Counted from the stretch's first letter, positions 45,172 to 57,005 are shown. The stretch is 64,000 nucleotides of DNA from an uncultured Phycisphaerales bacterium (GCA_963772725.1 CAVYYI010000001.1:640001-704000), one strand, 5' to 3'. A program made the numbers and translations. Notes: generated by a model from the sequence alone, not told the origin.

Positions 45172-46257
45172 ATGTCCAAACAGACAATAGCATATATAGG
45201 CCTTGGCAGCAACTTAGGCGACAGGCAGGCCGCTATCGGTGATGCAGTTAAAAAGCTCACCCAATGCGGCGGTATTGAAATTGTGCGGACAAGCAGCCTT
45301 ATCGAAACGCCGCCGCTGGGCAATCCAAGTCAACCGAAATATATCAACGCTGTCGCGGAGATAAATACATCTTTTTGCGCACTGGATTTGTATAAAAATA
45401 TTGCTGCTGTCGAAACATCTCTTGGCAGGGTTCGAGGTGAAAAATGGTCTCCGCGAGTTATCGATATAGACCTTCTGCTCTTCGGGGATGAGATAATTAA
45501 TCTTCCCGAACTGACTGTTCCGCACAGGCAGATGCACCTTCGCAGTTTCGTGCTTAATGGACTTTGCCAGCTTAATAGCACCCTGATTCATCCGCTGCTG
45601 AAAGAATCGATGGCCGCTCTTGCGGCACGTCTTAACGGCGGTGATTTCGCAATTAATTCCGATACGCCTCAGCTTATCAGCGTAGCCGGGAATATAGGCG
45701 TGGGAAAAACTACGCTGGTAAATCAAATGGCGGGGCGGCTCAACTGTGAAAAGATATTTGAGCCATACAGCACAAATCCTTTTCTTGCCCAGGTTTACGC
45801 CGGCAGCAAAGGTCTTGCCCTTGATTCACAGTTATATTTCCTCACCCACCGCGCGAAACAATTAAGCCCCGCGGAATTAAAACCAGCTCAGATTGTCCTT
45901 ACCGATTATGTCTTTGAAAAAGAAATGATTTACGCAAAACGTCTTCTGGACGCCCAGCAGTTGACACTATATAAAGATATCTATCCGCATTTTGCGGAAA
46001 AAGTTACAAAACCTGTACTTGTAATATATCTGATGGATTCTGCTCAGAACTGTCTTACGCGGATTCACAAGCGAGGACGTTCTTACGAGCAGAATATCGA
46101 GATAAATTTTTTGGAGACGCTGTCCAGCGACCACGAACAGCTTTTTAATAACTGGAAGATTTGTCCGGTTATCCGCCTCTCGATGACGGAGTTTGACTGC
46201 ACAAAAGATTCCGACATTAACTGGCTGTCAGACCAGATTAGATATTATGTTGCTTAG
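45172..46257 (+). CDS. folK: FolK (HPPK) fused to a deoxynucleoside kinase domain
   Basis: YIGLGSNLG, PRVIDIDLL, PH...R; second domain VAGNIGVGKTT, SQLYFL, RGRSYE. Confidence 0.92.
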   Translation: MSKQTIAYIGLGSNLGDRQAAIGDAVKKLTQCGGIEIVRTSSLIETPPLGNPSQPKYINAVAEINTSFCALDLYKNIAAVETSLGRVRGEKWSPRVIDIDLLLFGDEIINLPELTVPHRQMHLRSFVLNGLCQLNSTLIHPLLKESMAALAARLNGGDFAINSDTPQLISVAGNIGVGKTTLVNQMAGRLNCEKIFEPYSTNPFLAQVYAGSKGLALDSQLYFLTHRAKQLSPAELKPAQIVLTDYVFEKEMIYAKRLLDAQQLTLYKDIYPHFAEKVTKPVLVIYLMDSAQNCLTRIHKRGRSYEQNIEINFLETLSSDHEQLFNNWKICPVIRLSMTEFDCTKDSDINWLSDQIRYYVA

Positions 46258-46269
46258 GAACTCATAAAA

Positions 46270-47124
46270 ATGAAAAGAGTTGAAACAATACAATCGGTTC
46301 GTAAACTTATAAAAGCTGCCCGGATTAAGGGGCTAACAATTGGTTTTGTCCCGACGATGGGGGCTCTTCATATCGGCCATATTTCGCTTATTGAGGCCGC
46401 GAAGAAAAAAACTGATTTTGTTGTGGTAAGTATATTTGTAAATCCGACGCAGTTTGGCCCTACGGAGGATTTCAATAAGTATCCTCGCCCTGTTGAAGAG
46501 GATTTACGGATTTGCAGAAACGCCGGCGTCGATGTCGTTTTTATGCCGAGTGCGAATGAAATGTATCCCGTGGAAAATCTTACATGGGTAAAAGTTGAGA
46601 AACTGACAGAGCCGCTTTGCGGTCAATTTCGTCCGGGGCATTTTTGCGGGGTGGCCACCGTTTGCGCGAAACTGTTTAATATTGTTATGCCTGATATTGC
46701 TTTTTTCGGCCAGAAAGACGCCCAGCAGGTCCTTGTTATAAGGCGGATGGTCGCGGATTTGAATATGCCGTTAAAAATTGTGGTCTGCCCGACTGTTCGG
46801 GAGGATAATGGGCTGGCTGTGAGCAGCAGAAATAAGTACCTGACGGCTCAGCAGAGAAAAGACGCCGCCCTGATATATCAGTCTCTTTTATTCTGCAAGG
46901 ACTCTATAAGAAAGGGCGTAAAAAACACCAAAACAATCATCACCGGTATGCGTAAGATATTAAATAAGATTCCATCAGCCGGGATTGAATACATAAGCAT
47001 TGTCGATGCCGAAACAGTGCAGAATATTGATAAAATCACAGGAAATACGCTTATCGCCGTTGCCGTAAAAGTCGGCTCAACAAGGCTGATTGATAACATT
47101 CTGGTGGACGCCGCGAAATTATAA
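46270..47124 (+). CDS. panC: Pantoate-beta-alanine ligase
   Basis: PTMGALHIGH, FVNPTQF, FGQKDAQQ, SSRN, RLIDN. Confidence 0.97.
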   Translation: MKRVETIQSVRKLIKAARIKGLTIGFVPTMGALHIGHISLIEAAKKKTDFVVVSIFVNPTQFGPTEDFNKYPRPVEEDLRICRNAGVDVVFMPSANEMYPVENLTWVKVEKLTEPLCGQFRPGHFCGVATVCAKLFNIVMPDIAFFGQKDAQQVLVIRRMVADLNMPLKIVVCPTVREDNGLAVSSRNKYLTAQQRKDAALIYQSLLFCKDSIRKGVKNTKTIITGMRKILNKIPSAGIEYISIVDAETVQNIDKITGNTLIAVAVKVGSTRLIDNILVDAAKL

Positions 47125-47213
47125 TGTATAATAATTAAAAGAACACAGAACACAGAATAAGACAGAAGACACTGTGGTTATTTATAATTTTATAAACTTA
47201 CGATGGTTAAACT

Positions 47214-47573
47214 ATGCTCGTGAAAATATTAAAAAGTAAATTGCATCGCGCCAGGGTAACCGATACGAAACTGGATTATCCCGGCAGTATCGCTATTGAC
47301 AGCGACCTTATGGATGCTGTTGGTATCCTGCCTTATGAGTCTGTCCTTATCGCGGATTTGAACAACGGCAATCGTCTCGAAACTTATGTCATTCCGGCCC
47401 AAGCAGGCTCCGGCGAAATTTGCGTTCTCGGCGCGGCCGCACAGCGTGTTGAGCGTGACGATATTATAATCATTCTGAACTTCGCATGGGTTACGCCTGA
47501 TGAGGCCAAAACCCTTAAACCCAAAGTTGTAGCTCTTGACGAAAATAATAAAGTAATAAAGAAGATTTCATAA
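47214..47573 (+). CDS. panD: Aspartate 1-decarboxylase
   Basis: KSKLHRARVT, G-S cleavage site (YPGSIAID), NGNRLETY. Confidence 0.96.
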   Translation: MLVKILKSKLHRARVTDTKLDYPGSIAIDSDLMDAVGILPYESVLIADLNNGNRLETYVIPAQAGSGEICVLGAAAQRVERDDIIIILNFAWVTPDEAKTLKPKVVALDENNKVIKKIS

Positions 47574-47579
47574 AACCAA

Positions 47580-48556
47580 ATGCATCCCGAAATTTTTCAA
47601 ATACCTTTTACGCACCTGACAGTAAAAAGTTACGGCTTGATGCTTGTTATCGGTTTTCTCGCCGCCGTTGCTCTGATAAAGCGTCTCAGCAGAAATATCA
47701 ATCCTAATCCGCAGCTTGTTACAAACGGCGCTCTTATGCTCTTATCGCGGGAGTGGTCGGTGCGAGAATATTTTATGTTGTTCATTACTTCCCGGAGTTC
47801 AAAAGCAACCTTTTATCTGTTTTTGCGGTATGGCGGGGGGGCCTTGAACTTTACGGCGGCGCAATCGCGGCGCTTATCGTAATTATTCTTTATGTCCGCC
47901 GTCATAAACTTCCAGTGAGAAAATATCTCGATATTGTCGCTATAGGGTTGTGTCTTGCGCTGGGATTTGGACGAATCGGCTGTTTTCTTAACGGCTGCTG
48001 TTTCGGGAAACCCGCTGATTTACCCTGGGCGGTGCGTTTCCCGTATAATTCTTACGCCTATCGCAGCCAGATATCGCCCGACCTCAAAAGGAATCGCCCG
48101 CAGTCGTATATCCAGCTGCCGCAGAAATTCTATTATGATTATACCAGTGAAAGTGGAATGTCAGTCCGCGAACTCAAACCTTATGACCAGCTAACGCCGC
48201 AGCAGAAAGAGCAGGTTACTAACGGCCCATATCGCTGTTTGGCAGTGCATCCTACTGAACTTTACGATTCCGCGAATGGCTTTTTAATGTGCCTTGCTCT
48301 ATACCTCCTCTGGCGATTATCCCGAAAGTCGGTCGGTGCGTTTATTAAGCCTGGCAGTATTTTTAGTCTGATGATTATTCTTTACGGCTTAACGCGTTTC
48401 CTGCTTGAATTTATTCGAGATGATAATCCGTTTGAATTTGACAGCCTTACTGTCTCGCAGAATATCGGTATCGCGATGGCTGTCATCGGTGTGATTTTAT
48501 TGGTAATCTTTTCCTGCCTTAAATCCGACATCGCAAATCAAAGCAGAAATAAATAA
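47580..48556 (+). CDS. lgt: Prolipoprotein diacylglyceryl transferase (indel near 47735)
   Basis: SYGLM, GARIFYV, GGL..YGG, FGRIGCFLNGCCFG, HPTELY, RFLLEFIR. Confidence 0.93.
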
Positions 48557-48613
48557 TACCGCCATCCGCAGGGCTAATTTATTTTCTTTTTTGACAGCAA
48601 ATCATACTCAACT

Positions 48614-49036
48614 TCAAAACTGCTTGTGTTTTATTTCCTCTTCGGCGATAGCGAGAAACATTTCCCTGGAAGTCTCATCGACGGCGTGGGACGCGAAATT
48701 CACATAAATTCTAAATGCCGCCGACTCTTTTTCAATTGCAAGAAGCAATATATCTTTGTAATCCATATTAAGCAGGGAATTGGTGTCGGATATGATGTAG
48801 CCATCCTCATGCGGGGGCGGTAATTCTTTTTCCACGGGCAATGTCTGGCCGAGCTTCAGGATTTCCAGTTCAAGTTTGGCCTTGTGTTCCAGCTCTTCGC
48901 TGGCAAAATCTTCAAGGACTTTGCTCATCTCTATGTTGTCCACTACTTTAGCCAATGCCATGTAGAAATGGTACGCCTCTACCTCACGGGAGATCGCGAA
49001 CTCAAGTATTTCACTGTCAGGTTCTATCTCTGCCAT
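48614..49036 (-). CDS. Ferritin-like/rubrerythrin-family protein
   Basis: AISREVEAYHFY...EELEH and AIEKE...EEIKH di-iron motifs; 3' end probably frameshifted. Confidence 0.85.
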   Translation of the reverse strand: MAEIEPDSEILEFAISREVEAYHFYMALAKVVDNIEMSKVLEDFASEELEHKAKLELEILKLGQTLPVEKELPPPHEDGYIISDTNSLLNMDYKDILLLAIEKESAAFRIYVNFASHAVDETSREMFLAIAEEEIKHKQF

Positions 49037-49087
49037 ATTTTTATCCTGAAATCATTTTAACGGATTTATAAGCCAAAGTAAATAAAA

Positions 49088-50122
49088 TTATTGCGGAATT
49101 TTTATTATAAACTGACTTTCGTTATCGGTATTATATTTATCTGTTAAAGGACAATAATCCCTGACCTGAATTGTCCGGCCGTCCGGAAGAAACTCAAGCA
49201 GACGCATCCAGCTTTCGCCTCCGACAGGCCTGTTCTGAAAATCAACAACCATCTGCGAAACGGGATTGCCGCTGTCGCCCTGGCTGAGGAGATATCCCTG
49301 TCCTTTGCTCGAAACATGTCCGCTTATGACCATAAAAATGTTCTTACGCTTTTTCACAAGTTTTTGCCAGATTTCCTCGCCGTCATTTACGCCGCCTGCC
49401 ATATAAAACGTGTGAGGATTCAATTTTTGTTCCTTGTCTTTTTCATACCAGTTAAACCGTGTCGCATCACCTCGCAAATAGACGTGTGTTATGATTATAG
49501 CTTTGTGTTTTGGATATTTCGCAAGAATACTGTCGGCCCATTGCAGAGTCTTATCCCGCGGGGCGAATTCAAGACCAAGAATGAGCCAGTCCTCGCTGGC
49601 CGCCTGGAAGAAGTGATAACTGTTTTCGCTGTGCCCTTTTTCCATAACACCGCCAAAGGTCTTCCATTTCGCAAATCGCGACGGCGGAAAATAATCATTC
49701 ATAAGTGTAGTTCGGTCTTTGGCGGCACCATTTTGTCTGTAGTCGTGATTGCCTGTTGTTATGACATAAGGGACAATGCCATCCAGCCTGCCCATAGCCT
49801 CGTTTGCGTACTGCCATTCCTCTGCGGTGTTATGATTTGTTACGTCGCCCAGCTGCGCCACATAAGTTATATTGTATTTTTTCCTGTTGTCCGCTATCCA
49901 TTGTGTCTGTAAATTGAACAAACCCGGATATGACTCGGAATAATTCTGCACATCAGGAAGAACAACTAAAGTCCACGACCCGGGAACAAAAGGCAGCTCT
50001 GTCGCCCTTGTCAGCGATACCACCTGTTCTTTTACGGGCTTTTGACCTGCCTGGGCGAAACCGACGTATGCCGCCAACCCAACGACCGTTCCAGCATATT
50101 TTATAAAATCACGTCTGTTCAT
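49088..50122 (-). CDS. Tat-exported calcineurin-like metallophosphoesterase
   Basis: MNRRDFIK twin-arginine signal; PDVQ, LGDV, GNHD, THVY, SGH. Confidence 0.9.
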   Translation of the reverse strand: MNRRDFIKYAGTVVGLAAYVGFAQAGQKPVKEQVVSLTRATELPFVPGSWTLVVLPDVQNYSESYPGLFNLQTQWIADNRKKYNITYVAQLGDVTNHNTAEEWQYANEAMGRLDGIVPYVITTGNHDYRQNGAAKDRTTLMNDYFPPSRFAKWKTFGGVMEKGHSENSYHFFQAASEDWLILGLEFAPRDKTLQWADSILAKYPKHKAIIITHVYLRGDATRFNWYEKDKEQKLNPHTFYMAGGVNDGEEIWQKLVKKRKNIFMVISGHVSSKGQGYLLSQGDSGNPVSQMVVDFQNRPVGGESWMRLLEFLPDGRTIQVRDYCPLTDKYNTDNESQFIIKIPQ

Positions 50123-50425
50123 CGTTACGATACTCTCATAACTGAAATGATTTTGATTATTTTTTCTTTGTTGCAAAATAATTGACAAGCAGTCCTGCTA
50201 TTACGGCTATTAGAATCAGCAGGAAAACAGACCTAAATAATAACCTGAATAACTTAGAAGCTATCAGCAGAATTATTATAATGCCGATCCATAGCACGAT
50301 TTTCTGATTTGTGTTCATATTTAAGCCGTCTCTATAATAACATTTATAAAGGTTAAACGAATTATCCTATTTTATAAGAGACCGCGTGTTTTTTCCAGAT
50401 TAAAAGGAACTGAGGACTTATTCGG

Positions 50426-50612
50426 GTGCACCGGTTGTTTGGAGGTAAAAAGGACATCAGGAACTTGAAAACATTTGTCAACTGGTGCGGAGAAAGCAGG
50501 GGCTTAAATGGGGCAGTAAAAATCAAGGAATTGAAAGAAGATGAAAGGCCTGTGAAATTGCTCAATGACATCCAGATAAGAATGTTATTGGAAGCAACTG
50601 AGCCTTATAACA
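50426..50612 (+). pseudogene. Possible tyrosine-integrase remnant
   Basis: KDIRNLKTFVNW...VKLLNDIQIRMLLEA resembles the core-binding/catalytic junction of phage integrases; no catalytic residues follow. Confidence 0.35.
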
Positions 50613-50796
50613 AGAGACAAAATTCCCCTTACAACATTGGGGATGTTAGCAAAATTTTAAAAAAAATAAAATTTTTTTTCGTTATATGTACAGTAATGAC
50701 AAGGACTAATGAAATTTGTGTAAAAATTGTGTTAAAAATTGCAACTTTTCACTTTTCTTTTAAAATAAATCCTCGTATAAATAAATAGGTGAGTTG

Positions 50797-50843
50797 TTAC
50801 TATATGTTGTTAGGTATGAACTAATTATTACTATATATTGTGG
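50797..50843 (+). promoter_or_regulatory. Tandem NrdR boxes
   Basis: TTACTATATGTTGTTA (50797) and TTACTATATATTGTGG (50828), 31 bp apart, upstream of nrdJ; fit acaCwAtATaTwGtg. Confidence 0.8.
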
Positions 50844-50870
50844 GGAAGCTGAAATTGCAGGGAGGCTAAT

Positions 50871-53800
50871 ATGCCAAGTAAATTTGACCCGGAAAACCCG
50901 TTTAAGGGCGAAAAAAAACATAAAAAAGAGGTTATTGACACCACAGGCGTTAAAGGCCTGAAAGTGCAGCAATTCTTCTCAACGGCAGGGGTACATCCTT
51001 TTGAACAGATAGAGTGGGAAAAGCGTTCCGCCAAGATTGCCGGCGACAGCGGCCAGGCGGTATTCGAGCAGGACGATGTCGAGGTTCCGGCCTCCTGGAG
51101 CCAGTTGGCGACAAAGGTTGTCGTGAGCAAGTATTTCTATGGCGATGTCGAGACCGGCCAGCGGGAGAATTCCGTCAAGCAGCTTGTCCACCGCGTCTGC
51201 CGGGCAATCGCCGACCGGGGCAAGAGGGATGGCTATTTTGCCACCGACGCCGATGCCGAGAATTTCTACAACGAACTGACGTGGCTGTGCGTCAATCAGT
51301 ACGGCTCGTTCAATTCGCCGGTGTGGTTCAATGTGGGCCTTTTTGATGTCTATGGCGTCGAAGGGCAGCAACATAATTTCCACTGGGACGCTGAACAGAA
51401 AAAGGCTGTCCCCTGCACAGGCAGCTACGAATATCCGCAGGCCTCGGCGTGCTTCATCCAGTCGGTCAAGGATACGATGGACGACATAATGCGTCTGGCG
51501 ACAAGCGAGGCGATGCTCTTCAAGCACGGCTCCGGCACCGGCACCGACCTTTCGACGCTTCGCAGCAGCAAGGAAAAACTTTCCGGCGGCGGCAAGCCCT
51601 CCGGCCCTTTGAGCTTTATGCGGGTCTATGACCAGATCGCGGCGGTTGTCAAATCCGGCGGCAAAACCCGCCGCGCGGCCAAAATGCAGTCGCTGAAAAT
51701 CGACCATCCCGACATCAAGGAATTCATCACCTGCAAGACGGAAGAAGAGAAAAAGGCCTGGGCCTTGATCGAAGCGGGCTATCACGGCGATTACAACAAC
51801 GAGGCCTACAACAGCGTGATGTTCCAGAACTCCAATCTTTCCGTGCGCGTCACCGATGAATTTATGGACGCCGTCGAAAAAGACGGCAAATGGACGACCC
51901 ATTCCGTAACAACCGGCAAGAAAGTCGAAGAACACCAGCCCGCGAGCTGATGGACTTGATCGCCGAAGGCACGCGCATCTGCGGCGACCCGGGCCTGCAG
52001 TATGACAGCACAATCAACCGCTGGCACACCTGCCCGAATTCCGGCCCGATCAACGCCTCGAATCCGTGCAGCGAATATATGTTCATCGACGATTCGGCCT
52101 GCAACCTGGCCTCGCTGAACCTGATGAAATTCCGCAAGGAAGACGGCACATTCGATGTCGAAGGCTTCAAAAAAGCGATCCGCCTCTTTATCATCGCGCA
52201 GGAAATTCTCGTCGATAACGGCAGCTACCCGGACGAGCCGATCACCGAGAACAGCCACAAATTCCGGCCGCTGGGGCTTGGCTATGCCAATCTCGGCGTC
52301 TTGATGATGAGCCTTGCCTTGCCGTACGATTCGGAACAGGCAAGGGCATGGGCGGCGGCGATCACGCGCGATTATGACCGGCACGGCCTATACGGTCAAG
52401 TGCCGAAATTGGCTCGCATCAAGGGGCCGTTCGATGAATTCAGCAAAAACGCCGAGCGCGATGCTCAAGGTCATCAATATGCACCGCGAGCACGCCTGCA
52501 ATATTTCCAGAATCGCAGTGCCCGGATTATCTCGTCAACGCCGCCAAGGATGTCTGGGATGAGGCGTTCGACGCGCGGCACGAAAACACGGCTTCCGCAA
52601 CGCCCAGGTCACGGTGCTTGCCCCGACCGGCACAATCGGCTTTATGATGGATTGCGATACAACCGGCATCGAGCCGGATATCGCGCTGGTGAAATATAAA
52701 CTCCTCGCCGGCGGCGGCATGCTCAAGATCGTCAACAAGACCGTGCCGATGGCGCTTGAGCGGCTCGGCTACAGCGCCGACGATATCAAAGCAATCTGCG
52801 ACGATATCGACAAGGATGAAACTATCGAAGGCGCTGAAAAGCTCAGCCCAGACCATCTGGCGGTATTTCGATTGTGCCTTCAAGCCGCGAAACGGCAAGA
52901 CGATGCATTCATTATATGGCGCATCTGAAAATGATGGCGGCCGTTCAGCCGTTCATTTCCGGCGCGATCAGCAAGACCATCAATATGCCCAAGGAAAGCA
53001 CGGCCGAAGAAATCGATGTCGGCCTATATGGAAGGCTGGAAGCTGGGCCTAAAGGCCGTGGCGATTTACCGCGACGGCTCCAAGCGACTCCAGCCCGTGC
53101 AGACCAAAAAGCACAAAGACGACAAAGAACAAGAGGCCAACTGAGCAGGCGTCGCACCGGCAAGACCGTTCAGACGCAGGCTTGCCGAGACGCGGCACAG
53201 CATTACGCACAAATTTTCCGTCGCGGGACACGAAGGGTATCTGACGGTGGGGTTGTATGAGGATGGCCAGCCTGGTGAGTTGTTTATCACTATGGCCAAG
53301 GAGGGCAGCACCGTCGGCGGCCTGATGGATGTCATCGGCACCTGCACGTCGATGGCGCTGCAGTATGGCGTGCCGCTGATTACGCTGGTCGATAAATTCC
53401 GCCACGCCCGTTTCGAGCCTGCCGGCATGACCTCCAACAAGGATATTCCGTTCGCCAAAAGTCTCATCGACTATATCTTCTGCTGGATGGGCTGCCAGTT
53501 CATACCCGGCTACGCCGAAAAGAATACACCCAACCGCGACACTGCTGCCGGCGGAAAATAAAAATACGACAACCGCAAAGCAGCTTGTCGAAAAGACAAA
53601 GGATCTGGCCCAGAAAATCGCCGAAGTTAAAGCCGAGGTAAAAAACAAAATAAGGAAACCCCACGACAAACATAGTTCCGAAGAGCCGGATGAATCCGTG
53701 GTGAAATCTTCCGCGATTTTGACAAACAGGTTTTCTAGTGTTGCTGACCGGATAAAAGAGGTGGTAGGCTCGGCGGTCGCGGAGGCCTCGGAAGTTTTGC

Positions 53801-53952
53801 AGAATGACGGTGCGGTTATGCAGCAGTTTAACGTCCAGTTCAAGCATTTTCAGGATGATGCGCCTGTGTGCGATATTTGCGGCTCGATAACCGTTCGCAA
53901 TGGCACATGTTACAGGTGTTATAACTGCGGAAACTCAATGGGCTGCTCATAA
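50871..53952 (+). CDS. nrdJ: Class II (B12-dependent) ribonucleotide reductase, split by many indels
   Basis: [61 protein letters not shown]-like region, terminal CDICG...CYNCG. Confidence 0.95.
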
Positions 53953-54015
53953 GTGATTAGCAGCGGCAAAACATTTGGCAGTAAGATAAATTTTCAATTC
54001 TGGCAAAAATAAGAT

Positions 54016-54043
54016 TTGACAGTTCAGAAAAATCCGCTAAAAT
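54016..54043 (+). promoter_or_regulatory. Sigma70 promoter of rplM-rpsI
   Basis: TTGACA-16 nt-TAAAAT. Confidence 0.6.
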
Positions 54044-54080
54044 ACTTGTTTTTCTTAATATAAGAAACCGGAGTTTGTGT

Positions 54081-54512
54081 ATGAAGACGTTTATGCCGAA
54101 AAAAGGGCAATTTGAACAAAAATGGGTACTTGTGGATGCGCAGGATGCGGCTCTTGGCCGTCTTGCGGCAAAAGTCGCGACTATTTTGATGGGTAAAAAC
54201 AAGGTTACATATACGCCCAGCGTCGATGTCGGCGATTACGTTGTGATTGTAAACGCTGAAAAGGTGAAGATTAGCGGCAGAAAGGCCGAGCAGAAGGAAT
54301 ACGATTATTATACGTATTACCCCGGCGGTCACAAGTACATCAGCTTTGCGGAAATGATGGCGAAGAAGCCTGAGAAAGTTATTGAATTGGCCGTCAGGCG
54401 GATGCTGCCGAAGAACAAGACCGGCAGAAACCTGCTGACCAAGATGAAAGTTTACCGCGGTGCTGAACATGAACATCAGGCACAGAAACCAGAAAAGATA
54501 CAATTGTTTTGA
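54081..54512 (+). CDS. rplM: 50S ribosomal protein L13
   Basis: WVLVDA..LGRLA, GKNK..YTPSVDVGD, AVRRMLPKN. Confidence 0.98.
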   Translation: MKTFMPKKGQFEQKWVLVDAQDAALGRLAAKVATILMGKNKVTYTPSVDVGDYVVIVNAEKVKISGRKAEQKEYDYYTYYPGGHKYISFAEMMAKKPEKVIELAVRRMLPKNKTGRNLLTKMKVYRGAEHEHQAQKPEKIQLF

Positions 54513-54527
54513 GAAAGATTTTAGATT

Positions 54528-55019
54528 ATGGCAGAGATCAAAACCGATAGTCCCGTTAATACCTTAAATATTACCTCGCCGGTGCAGACGCCTCAAACCT
54601 CGGCGGCACCAGCCAGAAAAGAGCCTGATAAGGGCGGCTTCTTCTGGGGTACCGGTCGAAGAAAAAGTTCCGTGGCCCGCGTACGAATCAAACCAGGTGA
54701 AGGCAAGATGCTCGTAAATAAAAAAGAGTTGGATAAATATTTCGCCAGGGAGCAGGACAGAAGGGCGGTTGTGGCGCCTCTGAAAACAATCAACAGCGAA
54801 AAAGCGTTCGATATTTTCATTAATGTAAAAGGCGGCGGCCCTACGGGGCAGTCTGGCGCGGCGATGCTTGGAATCGCAAGGGCATTGAGAAACTATGACC
54901 CGAGCCTTATTTCTACGCTGCGTGACGGCGGTTATCTTACGCGTGACGGCAGAATGGTTGAACGAAAGAAACCCGGGCAGTCCGGAGCGAGAAGACGATA
55001 CCAGTTCTCCAAGCGTTAA
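54528..55019 (+). CDS. rpsI: 30S ribosomal protein S9
   Basis: GTGRRKSSVARV, GGGPTGQ, ERKKPG..ARRRYQFSKR. Confidence 0.98.
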   Translation: MAEIKTDSPVNTLNITSPVQTPQTSAAPARKEPDKGGFFWGTGRRKSSVARVRIKPGEGKMLVNKKELDKYFAREQDRRAVVAPLKTINSEKAFDIFINVKGGGPTGQSGAAMLGIARALRNYDPSLISTLRDGGYLTRDGRMVERKKPGQSGARRRYQFSKR

Positions 55020-55043
55020 TTTACAGATTTTTTTTGTTATTAC

Positions 55044-55079
55044 AATAGCCGCGAGGAGCTTATCTTAGCGGCTATTTTT
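55044..55079 (+). terminator. Intrinsic terminator after rpsI
   Basis: AATAGCCGC...GCGGCTATT followed by a T-run. Confidence 0.65.
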
Positions 55080-55100
55080 CTATATCAATAGGAGAAAAAT

Positions 55101-56110
55101 ATGATACGTGTTGCAATTATTGGTGCCAGCGGCTATACCGGCGCGGAAGCGATACGGATTATTCTGCGTCATGGCAAGGCGAAGCTTACTTATCTGACGG
55201 CGCTGCCGGAAGAATGCGGAATGGTTGCTGAGGTTTTTCCGCAGTTTAAGGGCAGATGTGATTTACAAATTGAGCCGCTCGATTTGAATAAGCTGACTGG
55301 TTTAGCGGATGTAACGCTATGTTGTCTGCCGCATAAAGTTTCCATGAGCCTTGTGCCGAAACTTCTCGATGCGGGTGTCAAGGTCATAGATTTCAGCGCA
55401 GACTATCGCATAAAAGACGCTGCAATTTATGAGAAATTTTATCAGGTAAAGCATACCGACACAGCCAATCTCAAAAAGGCTGTTTATGGCCTGCCGGAAT
55501 TGTTTCGCGAAAAAATAAAACAAAGCAGTCTCATTGCCAATCCAGGCTGTTTTCCAACTGGATTGCTGCTGGCGATTGCGCCGTTGCTGAAGGAAAAGCT
55601 GATTGAGACGGATTTGATTATCAATAACGCGGTAACCGGCTCATCTGGCGCGGGAAAAATCCGTCGGTCAAATTTCATTTTCCAAATATGAATGAAAATA
55701 TATTTGCTTACGGTATAGGTTCGCATCGCCATACACCTGAGATGGAGCAGATTGCCGGAGATATTGCCGGCGGCGAGGTTAAGGTTCTGTTTCAGCCCCA
55801 CGTTGGCGCTTTCGACAGAGGAATACTTTCGAGCGTTTATTGCAAGCCGACAGGAAAAATCAGTGCTGAGCAGTTAGCGTCACTGTATAACGACTTCTAT
55901 CGCGATGAACCTTTTGTGCAGGTCTGCAAAAGTTCACCGGCGCTGAAAGATATAGCCGGAACAAACTATTGTCACGTATTTCCAACGCTTTCGAAGGGTA
56001 TGATAGTCTGTTTTTCGACAATCGATAATCTTGTAAAAGGCGCATCGGGTCAGGCGATTCAGAATATGAATATTATTTTCGGCTTAGATGAAACACTGGG
56101 ACTTGAATAA
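55101..56110 (+). CDS. argC: N-acetyl-gamma-glutamyl-phosphate reductase (indel near 55655)
   Basis: IIGASGYTG, ANPGCFPT, SGAG, HRHTPEM, IDNLVKGASGQA. Confidence 0.96.
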
Positions 56111-56165
56111 TTGCCACAGAGAAGAAAATAATTTTTTAGCCACAGAGAGCACAGAGGACACAGAG
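56111..56165 (+). repeat. Left CACAGAG-type inverted repeat of the FRG cassette
   Basis: TTGCCACAGAGAA...TTTTTTAGCCACAGAGAGCACAGAGGACACAGAG. Confidence 0.85.
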
Positions 56166-56199
56166 AAAAACATATTTTAATTGCAAAGAAAATAATACG

Positions 56200-56976
56200 A
56201 TGGAAGAGCAAATACTTAAATCTTGGGAAGAATTTGAAGAAAAAATAGTAGAGATAAATGAGCGGGCCAAAGAACTGCAACGAGAAAATAAACTAAGCCG
56301 TGTAGAATGTCCGCTCTTTAGGGGACACAGTGACTCGGAATGGCATTTGGAACCAACCCTCGACAGGATTCAAAAGGAAATGAGTTGCTCTCGTTATCTC
56401 CACACAATAAAAATTATTCGTGAACATGTTGCGACCTGTACTGGCAAGAAATGGGATATGGAAACACAGGAGCAAATGATAGACCTCGGAGAGCTTCGTC
56501 TGCCGTTATCGACCTATGAATTCATGGCATACTTAAGGCACAATGGATTCCCAAGTCCTTTAATAGACTGGACGCAATCCCCGTATATAGCTGTTTTTTT
56601 TGCTTTTGGAGATATATATTCTAAAGCAGACCATGTTTCGATTTTTGTATATAGGGGGGATAGTATGTGCGGAGGAAGCCCATCTATGTGGGTTCTGGGT
56701 CCTTCGATAAAAACCTTCCACACACACTTCCTACAACAGAGTGAGTATTCAATTTGTTATAGAAAAGAAGGGGAGGAGATTTATTTTGCCAATCATGAAG
56801 AATTCGAAGAGGATGTTGAAGACCGTGGGGTTTTGATTAAATATGACATCCCTGCGTCAGAGCGGCAAAAAGTGCTTAGGAAATTAGACTCAATGAATAT
56901 TACGGCGTACTCGCTATTCGGTTCGGAACCGAGTCTTATGGAGACATTGGCTTTGCGTGAAATTTATTTTGAATAG
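56200..56976 (+). CDS. FRG-domain protein
   Basis: LFRGH...W.LEPTL.R, LRHNGFPSPLIDWT.SP.IA.FFA, QQS. Confidence 0.88.
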   Translation: MEEQILKSWEEFEEKIVEINERAKELQRENKLSRVECPLFRGHSDSEWHLEPTLDRIQKEMSCSRYLHTIKIIREHVATCTGKKWDMETQEQMIDLGELRLPLSTYEFMAYLRHNGFPSPLIDWTQSPYIAVFFAFGDIYSKADHVSIFVYRGDSMCGGSPSMWVLGPSIKTFHTHFLQQSEYSICYRKEGEEIYFANHEEFEEDVEDRGVLIKYDIPASERQKVLRKLDSMNITAYSLFGSEPSLMETLALREIYFE

Positions 56977-57005
56977 AGATTCGATAATATTGATAGAGAT
57001 ATTTA

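Noticed and set aside
45172..46257. FolK-deoxynucleoside kinase fusion as a novelty
   Set aside because: Both domains are ordinary, and this fusion or adjacency next to pan genes is already familiar in bacteria.
50979..53843. Long antisense ORFs over nrdJ (e.g. 344 aa and 264 aa) and similar shadow ORFs over other genes
   Set aside because: Expected by-product of codon bias on the opposite strand; no RBS or recognisable motifs.
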